A stretch of 64,000 nt of DNA from Gemmatimonadota bacterium (GTDB lineage: Bacteria > Gemmatimonadota > Gemmatimonadetes > Gemmatimonadales > GWC2-71-9). The position numbers were made by a program, and so were the translations under genes. The stretch is taken from positions 3,726-67,725 of the forward strand of contig QHUL01000052.1 in the NCBI GenBank assembly GCA_003222115.1, given 5' to 3'. Below are positions 26,583 through 36,501 of this stretch, piece after piece. Below the pieces are notes generated by a model that made no database searches, was not told where the DNA came from, and saw only the letters and a program-made list of their open reading frames with translations. Numbering within the stretch: the first letter of the stretch is position 1; each line of letters opens with the position of its first letter.

Positions 26583-27611
26583 ATGGCTCTGAGACTGGCC
26601 ATCGAGGAGTGCACGCTCACGACGCGGCACCCGTTCGCCATCGCCCGCGGATCGACGACCGGCTACCGCCGCGTGTGGGTCCGGGTGATCGACGAGGAGG
26701 GCCTGGAGGGCTGGGGCGAGGCGGATCCCTCCTCCTACTACGGTGAGACTTACGATACCGTCCGCGCGACGATCGAGCGGCTCGCGCCGCACCTGCCGCG
26801 GGACCCGTTCGATCTGGAAGGCGCCGAGGACTGCTTCCGCGGCGTCGCCCCCACCCAGACGGCGGCCGCTCGCGCCGCGCTGTCCGCCGCGCTGCACGAT
26901 CTGTGCGGCAAGCGATTGGGACAGCCGCTGTGGCGTCTCTGGGGACTCGACCCCCGCAAGGCGCCGCGCTCCTCGTTCACGATCGGCCTCGGCACGCCGG
27001 AGCAGCTGCGCGCGAAAGTAGCCGAGGCCGAGGTCTATCCCGTTCTCAAGATCAAGCTCGGCACTGACCGGGACGAAGCGATCCTGCGCACGGTCCGCGA
27101 CGCGACGGACAAGCCGATCCGCGTGGACGCGAACGCCGGGTGGACCCTGGAGCGCGCTCTGCGCATGCTGCCCGTCCTGAAGGAGCACGGCGTCGAGCTG
27201 CTGGAGCAGCCGCTCGCGCCCGAGGACCTCGAGGGCACGGCGCGCGTCACCGCCGCGGCGGGAGACCTGCCCGTGGTCGTCGATGAGAGCTGTCTCGTCG
27301 CGTCGGACATCCCGCGCCTGGCCGGCAAAGTGGGCGGCATCAACATCAAGCTCGCCAAGTGCGGCTCGCTGCGGGAAGCGCTGCGGATGATCGCCGTGGC
27401 GCGGGCCCACGGGATGGTGGTGATGGTGGGCTGCATGATTGAATCGTCGCTCGGTATCACCGCCGCCGCCCACTTTACGCCGCTCGTGGACTACGCGGAC
27501 CTGGACGGCGCCGCGCTGACGGTGGACGACCCGTTCGCAGGCGCGACCATCGACGGCGGGCAGATCCGCTTGCCGGTCGAGCCGGGGCTGGGTGTGAAGA
27601 GGCGCGAGTGA
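26583..27611 (+). CDS. Dipeptide (L-Ala-D/L-Glu) epimerase, enolase superfamily
   Basis: This is the last 342 aa of track ORF 26295..27611, from the ATG at 26583. Contains LKIKLG, IRVDANAGW, LEQPL, VVDES and INIKLAKCG. Confidence 0.8.
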   Translation: MALRLAIEECTLTTRHPFAIARGSTTGYRRVWVRVIDEEGLEGWGEADPSSYYGETYDTVRATIERLAPHLPRDPFDLEGAEDCFRGVAPTQTAAARAALSAALHDLCGKRLGQPLWRLWGLDPRKAPRSSFTIGLGTPEQLRAKVAEAEVYPVLKIKLGTDRDEAILRTVRDATDKPIRVDANAGWTLERALRMLPVLKEHGVELLEQPLAPEDLEGTARVTAAAGDLPVVVDESCLVASDIPRLAGKVGGINIKLAKCGSLREALRMIAVARAHGMVVMVGCMIESSLGITAAAHFTPLVDYADLDGAALTVDDPFAGATIDGGQIRLPVEPGLGVKRRE

Positions 27612-29920
27612 ACGGAGGGAGTCTGGCCGAGCCGGGGCTTCAGCCGCGCACCGCGCCCACCAGTTCCCGACCAGCTGATCTTACGGCCGGCCTGGTCCGG
27701 TACGCTGAGGTCGTCCTCCCGCTCCCGGTGGTCCGCCCCTATACCTACAGGATTCCCGACGATCTCGCGGCGCGGGCCGCCCCCGGCGCCCGGGTCGTGG
27801 TGCCGCTGCAGCGGCGCCGGGTCGTGGCGCTGGTCACGGCGGTGGACGTGCCGCCTCCGCCCGTCGCGGCGAGCCAGATCCTCGACGCGCCGGACGCCGA
27901 GCCGGCCCTCTCCCCCGCGTTGCTCGAGCTGGGGCGCTGGATCTCGCGGTACTACGGCACGCCGCTCGGCCTGGCCCTGCGGGCGATCCTCCCCGGCCCC
28001 CTGTGGAGTGTGCAGCGGCCCGCCGGCCCGGCGGCGGCAAGCGAGCGTGTGGTGGTCCTGGCGCAGCCGCTCGGGTCGCTGCTGGAGCGCGAGCAGGCAT
28101 TTCGGCGGGCGCCGCGACGCCGCGCGGCCTACGAGGCGCTTGAGGCGCTGGGCGGGTCGGCGCCGGCGCGCCACCTCGTCGACCAGCTGAAGATCTCCCC
28201 CGCGGTACTGGATGGGCTCGTGACGCAGGGGCTCGCCCGCGTCGAGCGCGTGGCCGCGCTGCGCGATCCGTTCGCCGGGCTGTCCTCCCCTCCGCCCCCG
28301 GTGCTCACGGCGGACCAGCGGCGGGTCGTGGACCTGATCCTCGCCGGACCACCGGAGGTGCCGGCGTTGGTGCACGGCGTCACGGGCTCGGGGAAGACTC
28401 TGGTCTATCTCGAAGTGCTGCGGAGCGTGGTGGCGTCCGGGCACGGCGCCATTCTGCTCGTCCCCGAGATCGCGCTGACGCCGCAGACGGTGGCACGGGT
28501 GCGGGGAGTGTTCGGCGACCAGGTGGCCGTCCTGCATTCGGGGCTCTCGGACGGCGAGCGGGCGGACGCCTGGCGCGCCCTGCGCCGGGGGGAGCGCCGC
28601 GTCGCGGTGGGCCCTCGCTCCGCGGTGTTCGCGCCGGTGCAGCGGCTCGGGGCGATCGTCGTGGACGAGGAGCACGAGCCGAGCTACAAGCAGGGAACGG
28701 CGCCGCGCTACCACGCACGTGACGCCGCGTTGGTGCGGGCGCGGCTCGAGGAGGGGGGGGCGCGACTGCTGTTCGGTAGCGCGACGCCGTCGCTGGAAAC
28801 GCTGCACCTGGCGCGGGAGGGCCGGATTCGCACCTTCGAGCTGCCGCAGCGCATCGGCGCGCGGCCGCTACCGCCCGTCGAGGTGATCGACCTGCGCACG
28901 GCGCCGCGCGTCCCGGACGCGCGGGGGGTGCCCTGGTCCGAGGCGCTCGATGCGGCGGTGGCGGGCGCGCTGGCGCGGGGCGAGCAGGTGATCCTGCTCC
29001 TCAACCGCCGGGGGTTCGCGACCTTCCTCCAGTGCCCGCACTGCGGCGACGTGCGGGACTGTCCCCGCTGCGCCATCGCGCTCACGGTACACCAGACGCC
29101 GCCCGCCCTGCGCTGCCATTACTGCGGCCACGAGGAGCCGATTCCGGGCTGCTGCGGGCAGTGTGGCCATGAGACCCAGCGCATGCGAGGGCTCGGGACC
29201 CAGCAGCTCGAGCACTTCGTGGGCCTGCGGTTTCCGGCGGCGCGGGTGGCGCGGATGGACCTCGACACGACGAGCACCAAGTGGGCGCACCACCGCATCC
29301 TCGAGCGCGTGGCGCGGGGGGACGTAGACATCCTGCTCGGCACCCAGATGATCGCGAAGGGGCTGGATTTCCCGAACGTCACCGTGGTCGGCGTGGTGGA
29401 CGCGGACACCGGGCTCCATCTGCCGGACTTTCGGGCCGCCGAGCGCACCTTCCAGCTGGTGGCCCAGGTGGCGGGCCGGGCGGGGCGGGGGCCGAAGGGC
29501 GGCCACGTGTTCGCCCAGACGCGCGCGCCCGACCATCACGCCATCCGGGCGGCGGCGGCCCATTCGGTGATCGAGTTCACCGCGGCGGAGCTCCCGCTAC
29601 GCGCGCCGCCTGGTCCGGCGTACCCGCCGCACGTCGGCCTGGCGCGCTTCGTGGCGAGCGGCACGGACGCCGGGCGCACGCAGCAGACAGCCGAGCGCGT
29701 GGCCGCGTGGCTCCGCCGGGCGAACACCGAGCGTTTGGGCGGGGCGCTGACCGTGCTCGGACCCGCGCCCTGTCCGATCGAGCGGCTCAAAGGGCGCTGG
29801 CGCTGGCACGTGCTTGTGAAGTCGACCGAGGCGCGGGCGATCGGACGCGTCGTCCGCGCGTGGAGCGCGCGGGCGCGCCGCGCGGTCGTCGTCGATCGCG
29901 ATCCGGTCTCGCTGTTGTGA
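27608..29920 (+). CDS. priA: Primosomal protein N' (replication restart helicase PriA)
   Basis: 770 aa. Walker A HGVTGSGKT, DEEH, and zinc-binding CPHCG..CPRC..CHYCG..CGQCG. 4-nt overlap with the upstream gene. Confidence 0.9.
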   Translation: MNGGSLAEPGLQPRTAPTSSRPADLTAGLVRYAEVVLPLPVVRPYTYRIPDDLAARAAPGARVVVPLQRRRVVALVTAVDVPPPPVAASQILDAPDAEPALSPALLELGRWISRYYGTPLGLALRAILPGPLWSVQRPAGPAAASERVVVLAQPLGSLLEREQAFRRAPRRRAAYEALEALGGSAPARHLVDQLKISPAVLDGLVTQGLARVERVAALRDPFAGLSSPPPPVLTADQRRVVDLILAGPPEVPALVHGVTGSGKTLVYLEVLRSVVASGHGAILLVPEIALTPQTVARVRGVFGDQVAVLHSGLSDGERADAWRALRRGERRVAVGPRSAVFAPVQRLGAIVVDEEHEPSYKQGTAPRYHARDAALVRARLEEGGARLLFGSATPSLETLHLAREGRIRTFELPQRIGARPLPPVEVIDLRTAPRVPDARGVPWSEALDAAVAGALARGEQVILLLNRRGFATFLQCPHCGDVRDCPRCAIALTVHQTPPALRCHYCGHEEPIPGCCGQCGHETQRMRGLGTQQLEHFVGLRFPAARVARMDLDTTSTKWAHHRILERVARGDVDILLGTQMIAKGLDFPNVTVVGVVDADTGLHLPDFRAAERTFQLVAQVAGRAGRGPKGGHVFAQTRAPDHHAIRAAAAHSVIEFTAAELPLRAPPGPAYPPHVGLARFVASGTDAGRTQQTAERVAAWLRRANTERLGGALTVLGPAPCPIERLKGRWRWHVLVKSTEARAIGRVVRAWSARARRAVVVDRDPVSLL

Positions 29921-29929
29921 GCGGAGCCG

Positions 29930-31093
29930 TTGCGTGAGGGGATTCGTCCCGCGTATGTTCACCGTCCTGTGAGTCGCCCCCGCTTCCAGTATCGACCACC
30001 CAACTTCGAAGCGCCGCCGCTCTCGGGGGCTCCCGACGCGCGCTTCGAGCCCGCACCCGCCGACGGGGTTCTTCCCGACGGTTTTTTTTCGACCACGAAC
30101 CTTCCGACCTACGTCAAGGTGCGCGGTGCATGGCGCCCACCGCGGCTCCCCCGGATGGACTGCGTGATCGTCCTCCACCCGCACGGCGACCTCGTGGTGA
30201 CCGAGCCGCGTCGGGTGCAGCAGGGCGCGCCGGTCGCCGTCGGCGCGGCGGAGGACGGCAGCCAGGGCATCTACGTACACGTCGAGGGCTTCCTCGGCGG
30301 CAGTCACAGCGCCAACGAGTTCCGCTTCATGCAGACGGAAGTGTCCCGCGAGCGGCCGGCGGACTACGGCCTGCTGGCGCAGCTGCTGGGCGAGGAGAAG
30401 CAGCGCGGCGGCAAGACTCTGTGGGTCGTGGGGCCCGCGCTGGTGCACGCCCGGGCGCGCGAAGACCTGATCTGGTTCATCCGCAACGGCTACGTGAGCG
30501 CGCTGCTCGGCGGCAACGCCGTCGCAGTGCACGACCTCGAGGCCGCGATCTTCGGCACCACGCTGGGCATGTCGAGCAGCGGCGAGGGGGTCGAGGGCGG
30601 GCACGCGCTCCACATGCGCGCCATCAACACCATCCGTGGGGCCGGTGGCATCGCCCGGGCGGTGGAGCGGGGAATCGTGACGTCGGGGATCATGCACGCC
30701 CTCGTGGAGCATCGCGTCCCCTTCGTGCTGGCGGGCTCAATCCGCGACGACGGGCCGCTTCCCGAGGTGTTGAGCGACACGCTCGCCGCACAGGACGCGA
30801 TGCGGCAGCATACGGCGCAGGCGACGTTCGCAGTGTTCGTCGCGACGGCGCTGCACGCCATCGCGGTCGGCAACATGCTCCCGGCCTTCGTGGACGCCCC
30901 CACGCCGGACGGCATCCGCCCGCTCACGACGATCTGCGTGGATCAGACGGAGTTCGTCGTGACGAAGCTCAAGGATCGCGGCACGCACCAGGCGTACGGC
31001 GTCGTGACCAACGCCCAGGACTTCATGCACGTGCTGCGCTTCTACGTGGAGCGATGGCAGCAGGCCCAGACTCCCGCCTCCCTGGTCCGCTGA
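29930..31093 (+). CDS. Conserved protein resembling the LOR/SDH-conserved-region / TIGR00300 family (ornithine cyclodeaminase-type), tentative
   Basis: 387 aa with a TTG start. The family assignment comes from memory of overall pattern only (for example KTLWVVGPALVH, LLGGNAVAVHDLE, PFVLAGSIRDDGPLPEV) and needs an HMM check. Confidence 0.4.
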   Translation: MREGIRPAYVHRPVSRPRFQYRPPNFEAPPLSGAPDARFEPAPADGVLPDGFFSTTNLPTYVKVRGAWRPPRLPRMDCVIVLHPHGDLVVTEPRRVQQGAPVAVGAAEDGSQGIYVHVEGFLGGSHSANEFRFMQTEVSRERPADYGLLAQLLGEEKQRGGKTLWVVGPALVHARAREDLIWFIRNGYVSALLGGNAVAVHDLEAAIFGTTLGMSSSGEGVEGGHALHMRAINTIRGAGGIARAVERGIVTSGIMHALVEHRVPFVLAGSIRDDGPLPEVLSDTLAAQDAMRQHTAQATFAVFVATALHAIAVGNMLPAFVDAPTPDGIRPLTTICVDQTEFVVTKLKDRGTHQAYGVVTNAQDFMHVLRFYVERWQQAQTPASLVR

Positions 31094-31452
31094 CGCCCGG
31101 GCAGGGCCCGGGCTGGGCGAAGCTGGCGGAGGCGGTGGCGGCCCGCGTGCCGCCCGCCGAGATCGACACGATCTACCTGTTCCGGCCCCTCAAGCGCGAG
31201 GGGCGGGAATGGGGCACTGCGGTGGTCACCCGGCGGCCGACGGAGCCCGGCGGCCGGTTGCGGGTTTACACGGCGCGCTACATGCTGATCGTGCGTGGCA
31301 AGGAGCGCGGCCAGTCGAAGGTCGAGGTGACGGAGACGGCGCTCACGCCGGCCGAGGTGCTGGAGCGCGTCGTGCAGGCGGCCGCCGATCGCACGGGGGA
31401 TCCCGAGCCGCCCATCGCCGTGGGGCCATCGGTGTGGTATGAAAGCTCATAG
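31054..31452 (+). CDS. Hypothetical protein (~105-132 aa; start uncertain)
   Basis: This is the tail of track ORF 30130..31452. Third-position GC is high. The ATG at 31054 overlaps the upstream gene by 40 nt, and the alternative is a GTG at 31135. No family recognised. Confidence 0.4.
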   Translation: MAAGPDSRLPGPLTPGQGPGWAKLAEAVAARVPPAEIDTIYLFRPLKREGREWGTAVVTRRPTEPGGRLRVYTARYMLIVRGKERGQSKVEVTETALTPAEVLERVVQAAADRTGDPEPPIAVGPSVWYESS

Positions 31453-31463
31453 GAGGTGACGGG

Positions 31464-32024
31464 TTGATCGACTCACGAATGTTCGTGCCGACCAAGGCCT
31501 TCCTGACCAAGGGCGTAGGCCGGCACAAGGAGAAGCTCACCAGCTTCGAGATGTCCCTCCGGGACGCCCATCTCGCCAACTTCAACCTCGTGCGGGTGAG
31601 CTCGATCTTTCCGCCGCACTGCGAGCTGATGGACCGCGAAGAGGGGCTGTCGCTGCTGAAACCCGGCCAAGTGGTGTTCGCCGTCATCGCCGAGTCGTCG
31701 ACGAACGAGCCGAGCCGGCTCGTCTCGGCCTCGATCGGCGTCGCCATGCCCGCCGACGCGACCCACCACGGCTACATCTCCGAACACCACAGCTATGGCC
31801 AGAACGAGATGGCCGCCGGCGAGTATGCGGAGGACCTCGCCGCGTCCATGCTCGCCACCGTCCTGGGGGTGCCGTTCGACCCGGAGAAGGCGTGGGACGA
31901 GCGCCGCGAGCAGTGGCTGCTCTCCGGTGAGATCGTGCGCACGATGAACGTCACCTCCGCCGCCGAATGCGGGGACGACGGGCGCTGGACGACCGTGGTC
32001 TCGGCCGTGTGCTTCTGCGGCTGA
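31464..32024 (+). CDS. pdaD: Pyruvoyl-dependent arginine decarboxylase
   Basis: 186 aa. [45 protein letters not shown] contains the VSS self-cleavage site. A strong AGGAGG box ends 7 nt before the TTG start. Confidence 0.85.
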   Translation: MIDSRMFVPTKAFLTKGVGRHKEKLTSFEMSLRDAHLANFNLVRVSSIFPPHCELMDREEGLSLLKPGQVVFAVIAESSTNEPSRLVSASIGVAMPADATHHGYISEHHSYGQNEMAAGEYAEDLAASMLATVLGVPFDPEKAWDERREQWLLSGEIVRTMNVTSAAECGDDGRWTTVVSAVCFCG

Positions 32025-32761
32025 TCGCCGCGACCGACGCCGCCGGCGGCGTCTCCTTCGGCCTGGCGTTCGCTGCGGGGCTCCTGAGCTTTTTGTCGCC
32101 CTGCGTCCTGCCGCTCATCCCGAGCTACGTCGGCTTCCTCACCGGCCTGTCGCTGGAGGAGCTGCAGGCGCGGCGCGGCACGGCGCTGCTGCACGCGCTG
32201 TGGTTCGTCGCCGGGTTCTCACTCGTCTTCCTGGCTCTCGGCGCCACGGCGTCCGCCCTGGGGCGGCTGCTCCTCCAGTACCAGCTGTGGCTCGGGCGGG
32301 TGGGCGGCGTCCTGGTCGTCGCGTTCGGCCTCTACCTGCTGGGAGTGCTGCGGCCGGCCTTCCTGATGCGGGAGCGTCGCCTCCAGCTCGCCCGCAAGCC
32401 GCTCGGGTATCTCGGCTCGGGAGTCGTGGGCATCGCCTTCGGCGCGGCCTGGACCCCCTGCGTGGGGCCGATTCTCGGCGCGATCCTCACCCTCGCCGCC
32501 GCCCAGGCGAGCGTCGGTCAGGGAGTCGTGCTGCTCGGCGTCTATGCGCTCGGGCTGGCCGTGCCGTTCCTGATCACGGCCTACGCCCTGGACCGCTTCC
32601 TCACGTGGTTCCAGCGCTTCCGCCCCTACATCGTGTGGGTGGACCGCACGGCGGGCGCGCTGCTCGTGCTGCTCGGCGTGCTGCTGCTCACGGACCGCTT
32701 CACGCTGATCGCGAGCTACCTCCAGGGGCTGACCCCGCAGTTCCTGAAGAGCCGGTTGTGA
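32009..32761 (+). CDS. ccdA: Cytochrome c biogenesis thiol-disulfide transporter, CcdA/DsbD family
   Basis: Contains [19 protein letters not shown] and a second [12 protein letters not shown] motif. I chose the GTG at 32009, which overlaps the pdaD end; the track ORF starts at 31967. Confidence 0.85.
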   Translation: MLLRLIAATDAAGGVSFGLAFAAGLLSFLSPCVLPLIPSYVGFLTGLSLEELQARRGTALLHALWFVAGFSLVFLALGATASALGRLLLQYQLWLGRVGGVLVVAFGLYLLGVLRPAFLMRERRLQLARKPLGYLGSGVVGIAFGAAWTPCVGPILGAILTLAAAQASVGQGVVLLGVYALGLAVPFLITAYALDRFLTWFQRFRPYIVWVDRTAGALLVLLGVLLLTDRFTLIASYLQGLTPQFLKSRL

Positions 32762-32898
32762 GGGATGTGGCAGCGCGGCCTAAGGGACAATACGTGCGTG
32801 CGTTAGCGTCGTGCCGCCCCGAGCACGAGCGCTGCCTGGGAACTCAGGAGGCGACCCGCCTATATTACGGACCAGCGATCCCCTGACCGAGGTGACAG

Positions 32899-33672
32899 AT
32901 GACGACTCTCCAGAAATATTGGTCATATCTCGCCGTCGCTCTCGCCGCCACGGCGTTCGCCTGCGTCAAGGGCGAGCAGTCGGCGCAGCAGGCCGACTCG
33001 ACGGCGCGCAACCTGACGCTCGCGCCGACCGAATCATCGGGGGCGATGAAGGACGTGCCTGCCGCGCAGCCGAGGCAACCCGAGAAGAAGGCCACGACCC
33101 CCGCCCCCAAGACCCCCGCTCCCAAGCCCGCGGCCCCGACCACCCTGACCCTCGCGGCCGGGACGCGGGTCGGGCTCACCGCGAGCGATTCGATTAGCAC
33201 GCGGTCGGCCAAGGCCGGCGACGCATTCACCGCCACGGTCGGCCAGGACGTGAAGGACGCTTCCGGGCACGTAGTGATCCCCGCGGGGTCGAGGGTCGAA
33301 GGCACGATCACGGCCGCCGACCCGGCGCCCAATCCCAACTCGAGCGGCAAGATCGAGCTCGCCATCAAGAGCGTCACCGTTCGGGGGACGAGCTACCCCG
33401 TGGACGCGACCGTCGTCTCGAAGGACACGGTGATGCAGGGTCGCGGCGTGACGGGCGCCGACGCCGCCAAGGTCGCGGGAGGCGCCGCCATCGGCGCCAT
33501 CGCGGGCCGGCTCCTGGGCAAGAACGCGAAGGGCGCAGTGGTCGGCGGGGCCGCCGGCGCGGCCGCCGGCGCGGTCGCCGCGCGCAAGTCGCGGGACATC
33601 GACGTGGTGATTCCCAAGGGTGCCGCGATCACCATCAAGCTGGACAAGTCGCTGACGGTCAAGCGGACGTAA
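32899..33672 (+). CDS. Probable lipoprotein with a Pro/Ala/Lys linker and a C-terminal glycine-zipper segment
   Basis: 257 aa. Signal plus Cys (LAATAFAC). Contains AAKVAGGAAIGAIAGRLLGKNAKGAVVGGAAGAAAGAVAA, a glycine zipper. Confidence 0.6.
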   Translation: MTTLQKYWSYLAVALAATAFACVKGEQSAQQADSTARNLTLAPTESSGAMKDVPAAQPRQPEKKATTPAPKTPAPKPAAPTTLTLAAGTRVGLTASDSISTRSAKAGDAFTATVGQDVKDASGHVVIPAGSRVEGTITAADPAPNPNSSGKIELAIKSVTVRGTSYPVDATVVSKDTVMQGRGVTGADAAKVAGGAAIGAIAGRLLGKNAKGAVVGGAAGAAAGAVAARKSRDIDVVIPKGAAITIKLDKSLTVKRT

Positions 33673-33679
33673 CCGCGTC

Positions 33680-35491
33680 TCAGTACCCCGCCGCGCCGCC
33701 GCCGCGCCTGGGATCGGCCACACCGACCCAGCCGGCGGCGGTTCGCATGATGGCGTTGATGTCCGTCTTGAATCCCCAGGCGCTCACTCGGTGGCCCATC
33801 GCCTCGAGCGAATCGATGGACGCCGGCACGAAGCCCGCCCGCTCCACGTGGATCAGATCGGGCAGCCCCTGGTGATGAAGGCGCGGGGCTGCCACCGCGT
33901 CGACGAGCGACATCTCCTGATCGATCACGTTGGTGATCACCTGATAGACGGCCGTGGGGATGCGGGAGCCGCCGGGGGAGCCGAGCACGAGGACCAAGCT
34001 CGCTCTCGGGTCGAGGACGATCGAGGGCGTCATCGCCGACAGCATGCGTTTCCCCGGCGCGATCGCGTTCGCCTCTCCCTGCACCAGGCCGTACAGGTTG
34101 GGCTTCCCCGGCGCGGTCGCGAAATCGTCCATTTCGTCGTTGAGCAGGAACCCCGCGCCGGTCACGGTCACCGCGCTCCCGAAGTCATTGTTGAGCGTTG
34201 TCGTGCAGGAGACGGCGCCGCCGTCCGCGTCCACGATAGAATAGTGCGTGGTGCTCGTGTCCTCTTCCGCTTCCACCACGGGAGCTGACGTCGTCCCTGT
34301 CGCACGGCCCGGGTCGATCGCGGCGCGAAGCTCCGCCGCGTAGGCCTTGCTCACCAGGCGCTTGAGCGGCAGCGAGACGAAGTCGGGGTCGCCGAGGAAG
34401 GCATTGCGGTCGGCGTACGCGCGGCGCATCGCCTCGGCTTGGAGGTGCAGCAAGCGCGCGCTGCCGAACGCGGGCAGCGGCCCGAAGCCTTCCATAGTAT
34501 TGAGGATCTCGGCCAGCGTGACGCCGCCGCCGGAGGGTGGCGGCATGGTGTAGACGGTGTAGCCCCGGTAGTCGATCTGGAGCGGGGCGCGCCACTTGGC
34601 GCGGTAGCGCCCGAGGTCGTCCCGCGTGATCAGCCCGCCGCCCCGCTCCATCTCGCGCACCATCAAATCGGCGATCTGCCCGCGGTAGAACACCTTGGGC
34701 CCGCTGTCGGCGATGAGCTCGAGCGTGCGGGCGAGCTCGGCTTGCACGAAGCGGGTGCCGGCCGGCGGCGCCTCGCCGTTCTGGAGAAACTGAGCGCGCG
34801 AGGCGGGGAAGCGGGCGAGCCGCGACGCCTCGCGAGCGATCTGGTGGCTGCGCGGGCCGTCCAACACGTGCCCGTCGCGGGCCAGGGCGATCGCGGGAGC
34901 GACGAGGGCTCTCCACGGCAGCTTGCCGTACTTGCGATGCGCTTCCCACAGTCCCGCGACGCTCCCCGGCACCGCGACGGACAGGTGGCCGGTGAGCGAC
35001 GACGCGGCGGGCTTCCCGGTCGAATCCACGTACATCCCGGGCGTCGCGCGCCGGGGCGCGGCTTCGCGGTAGTCGAGGGCGCGCACCGTCCCGCCCGGGT
35101 CGCGGATCAACATGAACCCGCCGCCGCCGATGTTCCCGGCAACGGGCTCGACGACGGCGAGCGCGAACGCGACCGCGACAGCCGCATCCACGGCGTTGCC
35201 GCCGCGCCGCAGGATCGCCACGCCGACGTCGCTCGCGAGCGGATGTCCGGACACGACCATCGCGTGGCGGCTGGCGACCGGCTTCGCGCGCCCGGTGAGC
35301 GGCCAGTCGCTCGCGATGAGCGCGCGGCGCGTGGCGCGATCGGTGGCGGGGCCTGGAGCGGGCGCGACGCCCGGAGCGGGCGTGGCAGGCGCCGCGGCGC
35401 CCGACGGCGTGGGCGCGGGCTGCGGCGCCGGGACGCTGGAGCTCGCACAGGCGCCGAGCAGGGCGATGGTGACGAGGAGCGGCATGCGCAT
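33680..35491 (-). CDS. ggt: Gamma-glutamyltranspeptidase
   Basis: 603 aa. Lipoprotein-type signal LLGAC. The autoprocessing region is TSTTHYSIVDADGGAVSCTTTLNNDFGS. Confidence 0.9.
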   Translation of the reverse strand: MRMPLLVTIALLGACASSSVPAPQPAPTPSGAAAPATPAPGVAPAPGPATDRATRRALIASDWPLTGRAKPVASRHAMVVSGHPLASDVGVAILRRGGNAVDAAVAVAFALAVVEPVAGNIGGGGFMLIRDPGGTVRALDYREAAPRRATPGMYVDSTGKPAASSLTGHLSVAVPGSVAGLWEAHRKYGKLPWRALVAPAIALARDGHVLDGPRSHQIAREASRLARFPASRAQFLQNGEAPPAGTRFVQAELARTLELIADSGPKVFYRGQIADLMVREMERGGGLITRDDLGRYRAKWRAPLQIDYRGYTVYTMPPPSGGGVTLAEILNTMEGFGPLPAFGSARLLHLQAEAMRRAYADRNAFLGDPDFVSLPLKRLVSKAYAAELRAAIDPGRATGTTSAPVVEAEEDTSTTHYSIVDADGGAVSCTTTLNNDFGSAVTVTGAGFLLNDEMDDFATAPGKPNLYGLVQGEANAIAPGKRMLSAMTPSIVLDPRASLVLVLGSPGGSRIPTAVYQVITNVIDQEMSLVDAVAAPRLHHQGLPDLIHVERAGFVPASIDSLEAMGHRVSAWGFKTDINAIMRTAAGWVGVADPRRGGGAAGY

Positions 35492-35506
35492 GCCTCATAT
35501 TGTGTA

Positions 35507-35538
35507 CGTTGACCCGAGCCGCGGTCAACGTCTAACTT
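35507..35538 (+). promoter_or_regulatory. 8-bp inverted repeat CGTTGACC-N8-GGTCAACG overlapping promoter-like TTGACC-N18-TAACTT, in the ggt/murQ divergent region
   Basis: Read directly from the sequence, in the 68-bp gap between ggt (minus strand) and murQ (plus strand). Confidence 0.3.
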
Positions 35539-35559
35539 GGGGGCCACCCGACATCCTTC

Positions 35560-36501
35560 ATGCCCGCGCCCGAGTATCTCGATCCCCGTCTCACCGAGCA
35601 CCGTAATCCGCGAACCGAGCGCATCGACGTCGCCTCGCCGCTCGAGATCGTGGATCTCATCAACGGCGAAGACGCCACGGTGGCGGCGGCCGTGCACCGG
35701 GAACGCGAAGCGGTCGCCCGCGCGATCGAGCTCACCGTAGCGGCCTTCCAGGGGGGCGGACGCCTCGTCTACGTCGGCGCGGGGACCTCCGGGCGCCTCG
35801 GCGTGCTCGACGCCAGCGAATGTCCCCCGACCTTCGGGACGCCCCCGGAGCTGGTCGTCGGCGTCATTGCGGGCGGCCTCCCGGCGCTCGTGAAGAGCCA
35901 GGAGGGCGCGGAGGACGACGTCAACGCCGGCGCCGCGGCGATGGACCGCGAGCGGGTGGAGCCGCGGGACTTCGTCCTGGGCATCGCGGCGAGCGGTACC
36001 ACGCCATTCGTGCGCGCGGCGCTGTCCCGCGCACAGACGCTCGGCGCCGTGACGGGCCTCGTGTCCTGCTCCGACCCTCCGAAGCTGCTGGCCGGCAGCT
36101 GCGACGTGGTGATCCTTCCAAAGGTGGGGCCCGAGGTGCTGACGGGGTCCACCCGCATGAAGGCGGCCACCGCCACCAAGCTCGTGCTGAACACCATCAC
36201 CACCGGCGCCATGATCCGCATGGGGCGCGCTTACGGCAACCTGATGGTCGACCTGATGGCCTGGAGCGACAAGCTGCGCGACCGGGGCGAGCGCATCGTG
36301 ATGGAGTGCTGCGAGGTGGACCGCGAGGCCGCGCGGGCCGCGATCGAGGCTGCGGGAGGCTCGGCCAAGCTCGCGATCGTGATGGTGAGAAAAGGCATCG
36401 CGAAAGCCGAGGCGGAACGCTTGCTGCAGCAGGCGGGCGGGTTCGTGCGGCGCGCGGTCGGCGACCCTCCGCCCGTGACCCAGGCGCGCGGCCGGCGATG
36501 A
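35560..36501 (+). CDS. murQ: N-acetylmuramic acid 6-phosphate etherase
   Basis: 313 aa. Contains TEHRNPRTERID and GAGTSGRLGVLDASECPPTFG, a SIS domain. Confidence 0.9.
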   Translation: MPAPEYLDPRLTEHRNPRTERIDVASPLEIVDLINGEDATVAAAVHREREAVARAIELTVAAFQGGGRLVYVGAGTSGRLGVLDASECPPTFGTPPELVVGVIAGGLPALVKSQEGAEDDVNAGAAAMDRERVEPRDFVLGIAASGTTPFVRAALSRAQTLGAVTGLVSCSDPPKLLAGSCDVVILPKVGPEVLTGSTRMKAATATKLVLNTITTGAMIRMGRAYGNLMVDLMAWSDKLRDRGERIVMECCEVDREAARAAIEAAGGSAKLAIVMVRKGIAKAEAERLLQQAGGFVRRAVGDPPPVTQARGRR

